NCBI GenBank assembly: GCA_964291215.2
Contig: OZ219791.1
Coordinates: 384,001-448,000 of the forward strand
From: Alphaproteobacteria bacterium
Lineage (GTDB): Bacteria; Pseudomonadota; Alphaproteobacteria; MPNO01; UBA830
Reading direction: 5' to 3'
Length of the DNA stretch: 64,000 bases
Positions 31,244 to 44,288 of the stretch are shown here, one piece after another (the first letter of the stretch is position 1; every line of letters begins with the position of its first letter). A program made the position numbers and the translations under genes. The notes under the pieces are model-generated. The model saw only the letters and a program-made list of their open reading frames with translations, was not told the origin of the DNA and made no database searches.

Positions 31244-33806
31244 CTAAATCCCTGGGATGTAACCGAACGCTGACTTAACTATTGAACTAAAAATGCCGAC
31301 GACAATCGCCGCGAGTGCAACACGGTGCCGTGTAGCGCGGTCTTTATTTTCCTCCAATATGTTTACCGGAAAAGCCCACTTCAAGTATCCAAATAACGCC
31401 CGATAAATCAGGAGAGATATTCCCATTCCGTATATATAAAAGGCCACACGGAAGGACGAGTGATCGCCATCATTTGGAAGAAAGTAGTCAGCGTACACAG
31501 TAACCCAATACAATGCATATGGTGGCGCAAGGAACCAAAGTCCTACAGGGTGCAAGTCCGGTATGGCTATCGTAACCGGTTGATATATTGAGATTTTGCC
31601 TTTGTTTCGGGTTCCCGATTACGGGGTTTGGTGACAATCGGTGGTTGGAGAGCCGGCTTTTGTCACGATCGCACGATGGCGGGGCCGTTGTGCGGGACCG
31701 CTCCGCCCCGCCAGAGGCAGGGTAGGATGCTGTTGCCACATCAACCTCGGGAGCGGTCCCATGCCAGTGTCGCAGCCTGCGCAGTCTTCGTCCATCGATC
31801 TGTCGGGCTTGCCGGCTCGGGTTCTGGAGGCGTTGACGGGATTGGCGACTGTGTGCCGCGCGCCGCTTCCTGCGGAGCCCTGCCCGGCGGCGTTCGAAGA
31901 GATGGAGCGGCGTGTGCAGGCGAAGGTGAACGCGCTGGGCTGCGAGGTTCTGGGGTCGTGGATCGAGCGCCTCGACGACGGGGCTGAGCGGGTCGAGCGG
32001 GCCGGGCAACGCCGGTTCCGTGTGGCGGCGACGCCGAAAACGATCATGAGCGCGCTCGGCCCGGTGACCTACAGGCGGGCGCGTTATCGCCACGGCGTGG
32101 GCGGCCCCTCGTTCGTGCCGGTGGACGAGAGCCTGGGGCTGGTGAACGACTGGCTGACGCGCCCGGCCGCGCGGCTCGGGCTGATGATGATGGGCCACGG
32201 CACGGCCAGGGAAGCGGAAGAGTTCTTCTCGGAGATGGGCGCCATGGTGCCGTCGGCGAGCAGCTTGCAGCGGCTCGCCCGGACCATGCATGAGCGCTGG
32301 GAGGGCCTGGGGCCGCAGGCGCTGGACAGTATCCGCAACACGGAAGACATCCCATCCGAGGCAGTCAGCGCCTCGGTCTCGCTCGACGGCGTCATGGTGG
32401 CGCTGCGTGCCGGCGAGGACGGGCGCGACGAGGCCTGCTGGCGCGAGGCCGCCTGCGGCACGGTCTCCTTCCATGATGGGGAAGGTGAACGGCTCAAGAC
32501 CCTCTACTTCGCCCGCATACCGGAGAGCGACAAGCCCACGCTGAAGGCGCAACTCGCAAGCGAGGTCGCGCATATCCGCCAGGCCCGGCCCGACATCGCC
32601 ATAGTCGCCGTCGCCGACGGCGCCCCCGACAACTGGACCTTCCTGGAGAGCCTCTCGCCCGAGGCCGAGGCCGTCGACTTCTGGCACGCCTGCGAGCATC
32701 TCCGCACAGCCTCCGACCATGCCGTCGATCCCCGCTGGTTCGAGACTTGCCGCCATACCCTGCGACACGACCCGCACGGCAGCGCCAAGGTGATCCGGGC
32801 GCTGCGCTACCTGCGCGACAAGGCAGGCAGCAACCGCACCGCGCGCACCGTCATCGAGCGCGAACTCGCCTTCTTCCGCAAGCACCGCAAGCGCATGCGA
32901 TACCGCAACCTCAGCGACCGCGGCATCACCATCGGCTCCGGCGTTGTCGAGGCCGCAAACAAAACCCTCGTCGCACAGAGGATGAAGCGCTCCGGCATGC
33001 GATGGCGCATCGCCGGCGCGCAGGCCGTCCTCACCGTACGCGCCCTCATCAAATCCGGGCGCTTCGACCGCGCATGGGCAGGCCTCATGAGCGATGCTGA
33101 TACCCCGGCCAACGACAACAACTGCCTTGGCTACGCCGCCAGGCGCGCCGCATGAGCCACATCAGCCGACCGGTCCCGGCATCGCCATGTCAGACTCACG
33201 CCCGTCCTACATCGTAGGCAAAACTCTCATGAATAAAGGAATAACACTTCTTTTTAGACTTGAATCTACTATTTACAATGTCCCTAATTGCGCGAAAGTA
33301 AGCAGTATCCTGTGCTTGAATTGACACGCTGCTGTCGTTGGGCGTTGGTTCAGACACCAATGGACTGGGATCAAAAAGCGGCGGTTTGTCGAATCGAAGC
33401 AAAACAGAGAAACGGTTCGGCGGGACATTTCCATTCGCGTGCCTTTTGTACGAATTCTCGTTCGTGAAATATACCGCTTTAATGGGGAACGGCAAATTCT
33501 GAGAATCGAAATCTGCTCTGTCTCCCCGTACTCAGTTTGGCCATCAAAACCAGCTACTGAAACTGTCAGTTGAAATGCATCATTCAACAGAAATTTTTTG
33601 CGTTCTACGAATTCATATTCGGTCTCGGAGTCGAACTTGGAAATGTTAGCAACAAGCTGCTCACTTTCCTTCCTCGTGAGAACGTTTAATTTACGATATG
33701 CGGCTTTGATTTGTGGCAAGGACAATTGGCATCCACGTATTGGTATATGGTCCTCCCACCACTGGATATCGTTTGTAGCCTTGCTGATTATCGAAGTACC
33801 GGACAT
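31244..33806 (-). pseudogene. Unknown membrane protein (soluble N-terminus plus about 3 C-terminal TM helices) split by ISKra4
   Basis: Removing the IS joins ...ESFAYDVG to LWFLAPPYALYW...; additional frameshift near 33510; AT-rich. Confidence 0.7.
31548..33203 (+). mobile_element. ISKra4-family element with an intact transposase (ATG about 31761 to 33155)
   Basis: SLDGVMV, VADGAPDNW, DFWHACEHL, IGSGVVEAANK, RMKRSGMRW; termini GGGTGCAAGTC / GACTCACGCCC; 8-bp TSD GTCCTACA (31540-31547, 33204-33211). Confidence 0.9.
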
Positions 33807-33849
33807 TGTACTCTGCCTCCCATACTGCCTTCAGTCACCTGGACGGCTT

Positions 33850-34290
33850 CTGTGATTCCCACGCGACGCAAGTGGTCCTTCAACATGGAGATTCGATAGG
33901 ACTGGAGTTTATCCGCGTGGTCAGCGGCGCACACGTCCCAATCAACGATGCGACCAAGCGAGAAGGCGCGGAATCGGCCTTTTCCTTCCTTGCCGTGCAG
34001 AATTCGTTTTCGTCCGTTCGAATGGAATCGCGATTGTTTCCACGATCCTCCCGGACGGGAGGACAACCCCTCGGCTTCGGCAAAGGGAATGCCATGTCCG
34101 TTGTCGGCGACTCTGATGGCCTTTTGAGCCCGTCGAGGTCATTTTCAACCAGCGTCACGTCGATATGCGTGGCATCCGCATCGACCGTGTTCCAGATCAG
34201 CTCGGCCAGGGCAAGGAGGGGTTTTCGGGTCTGCGCGATCCGCTCCAGATGGTCGTCCTGAACCTGTATCTCAAAAGTCCTGGCGGTCAT
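33850..34290 (-). pseudogene. GHKL (HATPase_c_3) ATPase N-terminal remnant
   Basis: [15 protein letters not shown], then [14 protein letters not shown] in another frame; ATG overlaps the hsdR stop. Confidence 0.7.
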
Positions 34291-36030
34291 GCTGCCCACT
34301 TCGCCGATAGCACTTCGGCCTGTTGCAGAACCGTCTGCACGGCGGCGTCCTGGAGGTCGGGCGGATACCCGTGCCTGCGCAGGATGCGCTTGACCAGAAC
34401 CCGCATCCGGGCGCGGGCCGGCCCGCGGTGCTGCCAGTCCACGGAGGCTTTGCTTTTCAGCCCGTTCAGCAATTCCCGGGCGATGACGCGAAGGTGATCG
34501 TTGCCCATCACCTCGACCGCGCTCTCGTTCTGGGCCAGAGCATCGTAGAAGGCGATTTCCTCGGGGCTGAGACCCTCCTCCTCGCCGCGCCGGTGTGCGG
34601 CGCGGATGTCCTTCGCAAGCCCGATCAGTTCCTGAAGGACCTCGGCCGTCGTGAGGGCGTTGCCGTGGTAGCGGGCGATCGCTTCCTCCAGCCTCCGGGA
34701 GAAGGCCCGGGTCTGCACGACGTTGACCCGGCTTCGCGAGCGAAGCTCCCCGTTGATGAGCTTGCGCAGCGCCTCCAATGCGAGGTTCTTCTTCTCCATC
34801 TCCCGTATCTCGGCCAGGAACTCGTCGGAAAGGATGGAAATGTCGGGCGTGTCCAGTCCGGCGGCTGCGAGAATGTCGACGATCTCGGTCGAAACGACCG
34901 CGCGGCTGACGATCTGCTGAACCGCCAGGTCCCGCTCCGCGGAGGACTTGCCGGCGCCGGGCGCGCTTTTGGCGAGCGCCGCACGGACGGTCTGGAAGAA
35001 GCCCACCTCGTCGCGGATTTCCCGGGCTTCGTCGCTGGCGGCCGCGAGCGCGAACGCCCTGGTGAGCGCCAGCACGGCGTCGTTGAAGCGGCGCCGGGCG
35101 TGCTTCTTGCCTTCCCCGGTCGATTCCCGGGCCGACTCGCGTTGCTGCATGTCGAGGACCCACTCGATGGCGCCGGCCAGCGCCGCGAGCCGCTCCTGCG
35201 GCGACCCGACAAGGCCGTTGCGGAAGTCGAAACCATGGAACATGGCGCTCACGATCTCGTATTTCTCCAGCATGACCGCGACGGCTTCGGCCTCGTCGAT
35301 GCCGGCGTGCCTTCGGTCGTCGCGCGAGTACTGGCCGAGGGCGGACTTCAGGTTCTGCGCGATGCCGATGTAGTCCACGATCAGACCGGCGGGCTTGTCG
35401 CGGAACACGCGGTTGACGCGGGCGATGGCCTGCATGAGCCCGTGCCCCCGCATGGGCTTGTCGATGTACATCGTGTGCAGGCGCGTCGAAGCCGGTCAGC
35501 CACATGTCCCGCACGATCACCAGCCTGAGCGGGTCGTCCGCGTCCTTGATCCGCTTGGCGAGCAGCTCCCGGCGGGCCTTGCCTCCGATGTGGCGTTGCC
35601 AATGCGTCGGGTCCGACGCCGCGCCGGTCATGACGATCTTGATGACGCCGCTTTCGTCGTCGTCGCTGTGCCAGTCCCGGCGCAGCCTGACGATCTCGCC
35701 GTAGAGCGCAACGCAGATGCGGCGGCTCATGCAGACGATCATGGCCTTGCCGTCCATGCCGGCAATACGACTCTCGAAATGGTCGACCAGATCCCGGGCA
35801 ACCAGGCGCAGGCGCTTCTCCGTCCCGACGACGGCCTCGACGTTCGCCAATCGTCTCTTGAGCCGTTCCTGCTCGCCTTCGGCCTCGTCCTCGATCAGTT
35901 CGGCGACCTCGTCGTCGAGCGCCGGCTTCTCGCCTTCGTCGAGTTCGATGCGGACGAGGCGGCTCTCGTAGTAGATCGGTACGGTCGCGCCGTCTTCGAC
36001 GCCGCGGTTGATGTCGTAGATGTCAATGTA
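34287..36030 (-). pseudogene. hsdR: Type I restriction subunit R, C-terminal half (5' part deleted at ISAzo13; frameshift near 35480)
   Basis: [72 protein letters not shown]. Confidence 0.9.
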
Positions 36031-37260
36031 AGGATTCTCGCCAAAATAGATTGTTTTTTGATGTGGATCTGCTATCTAATGTGTCATGGAAGCGATAGTC
36101 GATACGCTGCGATCCAAATTTGTGGTGTTGCGTCCGGTTCTGAACGAACGTGCGCGGCGCCTGTGGGCGGCGACGGAGGCCCGTGCCATCGGGCGCGGAG
36201 GCATTGCGCGAGTGGCTGAGGCGACGGGGATGTCGCGCAGCACCGTTCGCGCCGGGCTGAAGGAGCTTGATTCGGAATCTTCGAGTGAGATTCCTTCAGG
36301 ACGTTTGCGTCGCCCCGGCGGCGGGCGCAAGCGGGTGGCGGATGTGGATCCGGGTTTGGTGGCGGCGCTGGAGCGCGAGCTTGAACCGATGACGCGCGGC
36401 GATCCGGAGAGTCCGCTGCGGTGTCACAGTGCCGCACGGCTGGCGGACCGTCTTGCGGTCGAGGGCCACCGCGTCAGCGAGCGCACGGTGAACCGGCTGC
36501 TCCACGATCTGGGGTACAGCCTCCAGGCCAATCGCAAGACGCTGGAAGGCCGCCAGCCCGGGATGCGCAGTTCCGACGCGCCGGGTGCGCGCGTTCCAGA
36601 GGCTGGGCCAGCCTGTGGTGACACGAAGAAGAAGGAAATCCAGTACCGCAATGGCGGCCGGGCCCCAAGGGCGACCCTGAAGCCGTCAACGTGCATGACT
36701 TCCCCAATCCAGAGCTCGGCAAGGCGATCCCCTACGGGGTCTACGATCTCACCGCCAACGCCGGCTGGGTCAGCGTCGGACACGACACGGCGGCGTTCGC
36801 GGTTGAGACCCTGCGCCGCTGGTGGCGGCAGATGGGCCGGCTGCTCTATCCCGATGCCAAGCGCCTGCTGATCACCGCCGACGGCTCCAACAACAGCCGC
36901 AACCGGCTGTGGAAGCTGCAGCACCTCGCCGACGAACTCGGGTTGAAGGTGTCGGTGGCCCACTTCCCGCCCGGAACCAGCAAGTGGAACAAGATCGAGC
37001 ACCGGATGTTCTGCCATATCACCCAGAACTGGCGCGGCCGGCCCCTCGTCAGCTACCAGGTGATCGTCAAGCTGATCGCCGCGACCACCACCGGCCTCAC
37101 CATACGCTCGGACCTCGACGAGAACAGCTATCCGCTCGGGGTCAAGGTCAGCGACGATGAGATGGACGGCCTCGCCATCCGCAGAGACCCGTTCCACGGC
37201 GAGTGGAACTACACCCTCACGCCACGGACATAACGAATATATTATTTTGGCTAGAGTCCT
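36031..37260 (+). mobile_element. ISAzo13-family element, degenerate
   Basis: LNERARRLWAA, DTKKKE, HDFP..GKAIPYGVYD, PPGTSKWNKIEHR, FHGEWNY; TIRs AGGATTCTCGCCAAAATA / TATTTTGGCTAGAGTCCT. Confidence 0.9.
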
Positions 37261-37576
37261 TACCATTGTCTGCCAGCACCACATGGTCCCGCTCGATCTC
37301 CCGATGGAACTGCTCCGGCAGACGCGCCCAGTCCCGGGCCTCTACCAGGAAAGGAATGTACGATTCCCGCACCGCCTCCTCGAAGCCCGCCAACTTGTCG
37401 GCCGGGATCTCCCGCTGTCCCGGCCCGCGCAGCACCAGATCGAGATCACTGCCGTCATGGCTGCGCCCATTGACGCGGCTGCCATAGGCCCACACCTCTA
37501 CATCGGGCAAATGCTCCCGCAACAGTGCCTCCAGTGCCTCTCGATGCTTCGGATGGAGATGCATCCGGTCAGTCAT
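37261..37576 (-). pseudogene. Minimal nucleotidyltransferase (MNT) domain; reading frame still open where ISAzo13 cuts it
   Basis: VWAYGSRVNG...SDLDLV (GS-x-DxD motif). Confidence 0.8.
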
Positions 37577-37816
37577 CCGGCGCCGCCTCGATCATGTCCG
37601 CCAGCGCCCGGGCATCGGCGATAAAGTCGGGCAACAGCCTCAGCGTGGCTTCGGCGAAGCCTGCGCCGTAGTCGTGCGCGGTATCGTTATCGACAATCCC
37701 TCGCAGATCATGGCAGGGGCAAGGCTGTCGGGGAACAGCCTTCACCGGAAGGCGCCGCGCGCCTTGGTTTGCCGAAATGTTTCCCAACGCATGCAGAGGA
37801 TGGGAAGAGGCCATCG

Positions 37817-37820
<4 letters not shown>
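37569..37820 (-). pseudogene. HEPN / nucleotidyltransferase substrate-binding (HI0074-like) remnant
   Basis: C-terminal NDTAHDYGAGFAEATLRLLPDFI; the N-terminal part looks replaced or deleted, and the Arg of the R-x4-H motif is absent. Confidence 0.55.
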
Positions 37821-39355
<1,535 letters not shown>

Positions 39356-39506
39356 ATAGTCTGAATCCTTGGCCGCCAACGCGGATACAGTTTGCCGACT
39401 CGGCTCTACGAATACCACTGCATACTTGGCCGACACGGTTCGGGCGGGGAAGGATCCCGTGGATCGCGGTGCCACCATTCCAGCGTCGCCGACGCTGCCC
39501 AACAGA

Positions 39507-39640
39507 TCATAGGGTGAGGCCCTTCGCGCGGCTCTGGCCGTAGAAGCGCTTGAGCGCGGAGAAGGCGGCCTCGACCGGTGCCCGGTGCCGGTAGATCAGG
39601 CGGTTGCGGCGCTGCTGCCAATGAGGCAGCGCCGCCGTTG
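39507..39640 (-). mobile_element. IS5-family transposase fragment
   Basis: [31 protein letters not shown] (R-x-x-VE-x-F-x-K signature). Confidence 0.6.
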
Positions 39641-39720
39641 ACAATCGGCCGCAGACACGACTACCATCGATCCCGTTCCGATACCGAGCTAGCGTTTCGA
39701 GGGAAGGAGCCGGGACAGGG

Positions 39721-40803
39721 GTGATGAAGAGCGACCTGAGAGAACAGGTAATGGAGTGGCTGACCAGCGCCGACACGTGCTTCCTGCTTGGCGCGGGCTG
39801 TAGCGTTTGCGCCGACAAGCCGATGGTCGACACGCTTACGAAGAAGGTGCTGAATGATGCTGATCCAAAACTCAGAGAACAGTTCAAGGGTTTGAAGGCA
39901 GTTGGCGACCGCTCGACGACGGTAGAAGACCTCATCAGCTACCTGATTCGATACAAGGATATCCTCGACAAGATCACGAATGCGGACGGCCACGAAATCT
40001 CCATCGAGTCGATCGATTCGTGGCTCACCGAGATCAAGGGCAAGATTGTCGCTGCGGTCACCGATGACTGGATGCCGAGTGACTACCATAAACGGTTTCT
40101 GCGCCGCGTATCCGGACAAGCCCAGCGCAGGTCGAAGGACATATTCACCCTGAACTACGATACATTGCTGGAAGCGAGTCTCGACGAGTTACGCATTCCC
40201 TATGCGGACGGCTTCCGAGGTGGCCACCGAGCGTGGTTCGACCCCTCCACATTCGATGAAGAGAGGGATAGTACGTCATACCGGCTGTTCAAGCTTCATG
40301 GATCGATCAACTGGACGCGCGATGTCGCCGGACATGTCCGGCGCTGCCGCAATACCAACGAAGGTGCACTCGGTGAACGGATCATCGTCTATCCGTCCGA
40401 GCAAAAGTACCTACAAACCCAGTACGGTGTCTATGAAGAGCTGCTGAACCGGTTTCGTAATAGGCTTCGCGCTTCAGGCGCGAACAATTGTCTGGTTGTT
40501 CTCGGTTACAGCTTGAATGACGAGCATATAAACGAAGCGATCATTGACTCGGTGACATCGCGGGGCAGTAACCTCACGGTCATCGCCTTCGTCGGCCCGG
40601 AGGATAACCGCGAGCGCCAGAACGAACGCCTGAAAGCCTTCGGCGAGCGTTGCGATTCCCGGTTCAACGCGTTCATCGGCAGCGGTGCTGCCGGTCATTT
40701 TGTCGGTCATGCACTGGATGCCGATGCAGCCAAAGCGGTGCTGGAAGCCGACCTATGGAAGTTTGAAAAGCTAGTCGATTTCATTGCCAAGGAGGAATCA
40801 TGA
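39721..40803 (+). CDS. SIR2-family (SIR2_2) NADase effector
   Basis: FLLGAGCS, FTLNYDTLLE, LFKLHGSINW, VLGYSLNDEHIN. Confidence 0.92.
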   Translation: MMKSDLREQVMEWLTSADTCFLLGAGCSVCADKPMVDTLTKKVLNDADPKLREQFKGLKAVGDRSTTVEDLISYLIRYKDILDKITNADGHEISIESIDSWLTEIKGKIVAAVTDDWMPSDYHKRFLRRVSGQAQRRSKDIFTLNYDTLLEASLDELRIPYADGFRGGHRAWFDPSTFDEERDSTSYRLFKLHGSINWTRDVAGHVRRCRNTNEGALGERIIVYPSEQKYLQTQYGVYEELLNRFRNRLRASGANNCLVVLGYSLNDEHINEAIIDSVTSRGSNLTVIAFVGPEDNRERQNERLKAFGERCDSRFNAFIGSGAAGHFVGHALDADAAKAVLEADLWKFEKLVDFIAKEES

Positions 40804-42491
40804 CCGTTGCGATTCTGAAGATTGGCCGCGTAATCGAGGTCTCAGGATCGAAGGTCGTGGGTGCGCTTGCGGGCACGGTCGAAGATCTTTACCGAACATA
40901 CAAGAGCCGTCGTTACAGGGTTGGGCAGATCGGATCTATCGTAAAGATCGAGGCCGGCGACAAGCTAGTGTTTGGCGTGGTAACGGCCCTGCGCATGACT
41001 GAAACTCCCCTTGATGGCGGACCACCGGCAGATATTGTGGAGGCGTCACCAGACGCCAAATGGTTGGAAATCGAGCTGTTCGGCGAGGCGCTGCGCACCG
41101 GCCTCGGCGAAAGTGATTTCGAGTTTCAGCGCGGCGTGGTTACGTATCCGCTTCCGGGCCAAGGCATTTTTGTTGCCAGCGTCGCCGAGCTCGAACGCAT
41201 CTATCATAAGCCGGACAGGGCGGGCATCCATATCGGTACGCTCTCGCAGGCGTCCTCTCTGCCTGTGTACTTGCTTGCAGACGAGTTGCTCGGAAAGCAC
41301 TTTGCCATTCTTGGCACGACTGGATCGGGCAAGTCATGTTCGGTAACCGTACTGCTGCGTGCTATTCTTGAAGTCGCGCCAAAAGCCCACATGATTTTGC
41401 TTGATCCACACAACGAGTACCAACGAGCATTTCCCGAGTGCGCCGAAATCATTGATCCTACAACGCTCAACCTGCCGCACTGGCTCCTAAACTTCGAGGA
41501 GAGTGTAGAGCTGTTCATTGGCAAAACAGAGCATGTGGCGACGAGCCAAGCGAATATCCTGAAGGATGCCATCCTCGCCGCGCGGCGAGCATTCGAGCTT
41601 CCCGATATCGCTCGTGAACATATTACGGTGGATACGCCAATTCCTTACAAGTTGAGCGAGCTGATCGATAAGATCGATGCCAGCAAACCATCTCAGCCGT
41701 CAAAGCAAGACTCCTATCTCAAGATCAAGAGTAAGGTTGAAACGCTGCGGCAGGATAGTCGCTTTTCATTTCTGATTCGTCCTGACGAAGACGTAACCGA
41801 CGAGCTGGTACATATTGCCGGGCAGTATCTACGCATACCGGTATCTGGCAAACCGCTGTCGATCATTGATCTTTCGGGTATCCCCTCGGACGTTGTGGAT
41901 GTCGTCGTATCAGTATTGTGCCGTATGATTTTTGATTTCGCGGTCTGGAGCCAGCGTCCTGTTCAGGTGCCGATACTCTTGGTTTGCGAAGAGGCACATC
42001 GCTATGCCCCGCGTGGCAGTGATGCGGCCTTCCAGCCGACCAGACAAGCGCTCGCGCGCATTGCCAAGGAAGGCCGAAAATACGGAGTCGGTCTTGGGTT
42101 GATTTCACAACGCCCATCTGAACTGGCAGAATCAATTCTCTCGCAATGCAACACCCTTGTCGCATTGCGGATGAGCAACGAACAAGATCAGAATTTTGTG
42201 CAACGTGCGCTGCCCGACTCGGTTCGTAGCCTGGTCAATGTGCTATCGACGCTGCGGACGCAGGAAGCGCTGGTGGTCGGTGAAGGGTCGGTTGTGCCAG
42301 TTCGGCTGCGCTTCAAAGACCTTGCAAAGGAGCATCAGCCGCAAAGTGCCGATGTGCCCTTTGTCAGCAGTTGGTCGGAGGAAGAAGCAGATCTTGAATA
42401 TGTGAAGAGTGTGGTGCGACGTTGGCGTCTTCAGGAACGCCCACCGATTGCCGTGGCAAACGCAAACAGAGAGGCAGACGACCGAGCATAG
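40800..42491 (+). CDS. herA: HerA/FtsK-like ATPase (HAS barrel plus DUF87); partner in Sir2-HerA defence
   Basis: Walker A GTTGSGKS, DPHNEY, Walker B LLVCEEAH, IAKEGRKYG, SQRPSEL; ATGA overlap with sir2. Confidence 0.92.
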   Translation: MTVAILKIGRVIEVSGSKVVGALAGTVEDLYRTYKSRRYRVGQIGSIVKIEAGDKLVFGVVTALRMTETPLDGGPPADIVEASPDAKWLEIELFGEALRTGLGESDFEFQRGVVTYPLPGQGIFVASVAELERIYHKPDRAGIHIGTLSQASSLPVYLLADELLGKHFAILGTTGSGKSCSVTVLLRAILEVAPKAHMILLDPHNEYQRAFPECAEIIDPTTLNLPHWLLNFEESVELFIGKTEHVATSQANILKDAILAARRAFELPDIAREHITVDTPIPYKLSELIDKIDASKPSQPSKQDSYLKIKSKVETLRQDSRFSFLIRPDEDVTDELVHIAGQYLRIPVSGKPLSIIDLSGIPSDVVDVVVSVLCRMIFDFAVWSQRPVQVPILLVCEEAHRYAPRGSDAAFQPTRQALARIAKEGRKYGVGLGLISQRPSELAESILSQCNTLVALRMSNEQDQNFVQRALPDSVRSLVNVLSTLRTQEALVVGEGSVVPVRLRFKDLAKEHQPQSADVPFVSSWSEEEADLEYVKSVVRRWRLQERPPIAVANANREADDRA

Positions 42492-42553
42492 TGCGAGACT
42501 TTCATAGGCGAAGATTACTTGTGGGAATCCAGTGCGGCCTTGCTGGTTTGGAC

Positions 42554-42790
42554 CGTGCCTATCCGCTTGTTTCATACACCCACTAGATGTGGGGTAACGG
42601 GATGCTGCCAATTTCCGGAGTACCATCCGGCGAAAATCGGGCCTTCCGTCGTCGCTGCGATCCGAAACCCAGGCAGCGATTGGGGAAGCTCCAGGTTGGG
42701 ACGATCGAAAATGTCCATGAAGCACTGCCCTCCCGGCTCACCGGGAGCCTACTATATCTAGTGGGTGTATGAAACAAGCGGATAGGCACG
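42554..42790. mobile_element. MITE family C (237 bp), IS1595-like ends
   Basis: Perfect 35-bp TIR CGTGCCTATCCGCTTGTTTCATACACCCACTAGAT; 8-bp TSD GTTTGGAC (42546-42553, 42791-42798). Confidence 0.92.
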
Positions 42791-42911
42791 GTTTGGACAA
42801 TGCCTGCACGCTACCGAAGGCGGATATCAAGCAGCTAGAGAGGTTGCCGTCGATAATCACCAGAATCTGAACCGTGACAGCAGCCTTCTTATCCTCAACG
42901 CGGGGACAGGT

Positions 42912-44288
42912 CTACAACCAGTCCAGGGCCGGGCGTCGGGTCGACGCATTCGGGTCACCGTCCAACTCGATGCCATCCGTCCGCTCGGTCCCCTCGGGTC
43001 TCACGCAAAGGGGCGTTCGCTTCTCCTCAGGTTGGGGGGACGGCCCGCCGGCGAACGAGAATTCGGGCACCGCGCTCAATATGTCGCCGTGCTCCGCCTC
43101 GTCCGGCAGCGGAGGCGCCTCCGCCCTGTACCCCATTGCTCGCGCGATGACGGCGGCGGCCTGGGCGGCGGCGACCCGCAGCGCGCCATCGTCGAGATGG
43201 GCGTAGATCGCGGTGGTCTCCCGCTTGCGGTGTCCGAGCAGCCGTCCGACCGTGGTGAGCCCGACGCCGTTCATGACGCCCTAGGAGGCCCAGGTGTGGC
43301 GGCAGTCGTGGATGCGAAGGCCCGGAAGCCCCGCCTCGTCGCGGATACCGCACCAGAAGGTGTAGAGCCTTGCCGGTGTGAGGGTCTCGGGGAACACCCG
43401 CTCCCGGCCATCCGGTCGCGGCAGCGCCTCGACCAGCCTTGCCGCTTCGGGTCCGAGCCAGATGGTGCGCGGGCCGGTCTTGGAGTCTTCGATGCGCGCG
43501 CTCGCGCCGTCTCCGGTCAACTCTCCGATCTCGTCCCACCTGAGGTTGATGACTTCGGAGAGCCGCGCTCCGGTCAGGGTCAGCAGCCGGATGGCCGCCA
43601 CCGGCCAGGGGTGGTCCTCCCGGTGTCGATCCAGCACCGCGCCGAGACGCTCCAGCTCTTCGCGGCTGAGGTAACGCGCGACAGGCTTGCGGGGGTTCTT
43701 CACGATGTTGGCGCAGGCATCGGGGACATGCTCGCCGATGTCGCCCCACTGCCGGGCCGTCCCGAGCATGGCGCGGAGTATCTCGAAGGCGCGGTTGGCG
43801 GCGCCGGGCCTGTCCGCGCTGGCGGCGTCGAACCATGCCGAGACGCGGGCATGGTCGATGGCGTCGAGCCGGAGCCTGCCGAAATGCGGCATCAGGCGGT
43901 TCTTCATGTAGCTATCGAAGGTCTTGAGCGAGGACGGCTTCCAGCGGTGTTTCCGCCGCGAGCGGTAACGGGCGGCGAAGTCCCGGAACAGCGGCGCCTT
44001 CTCCTTGCGCGGCGGCGTCACGTCTTCGCCGCCCCACAGGCGGGCGAGCACGGCCGCGCCTTCCCGGCGGGCTGCGTCGAGAGGCAGTTCGGGGAAGCGC
44101 CCGAGGGTGATCTTGCGCATGCGTCCCCGGACGCGGGTCTGGACGATCCAGGACCTGACGCCGGAGGGCTGCACCCTGACCCCGAAATGCGCCAGCAGAT
44201 TGTCCCACAGGGTGTATTCCCGTTCCGCCGGCTTGGCGGCGGCGACGGCCTTCACGGTGAGCCGGACACGATGCCTGCGGCCGCTCAT
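42912..44288 (-). pseudogene. Tyrosine integrase 2 (arm-binding N-terminus), with an in-frame TAG at 43281-43283
   Basis: REYTLWD..FGVRVQPSG, LLTLTGARLSE, DSKTG, RIHDCRHTWAS*, LLGH..TTAIYAHL. Confidence 0.9.
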
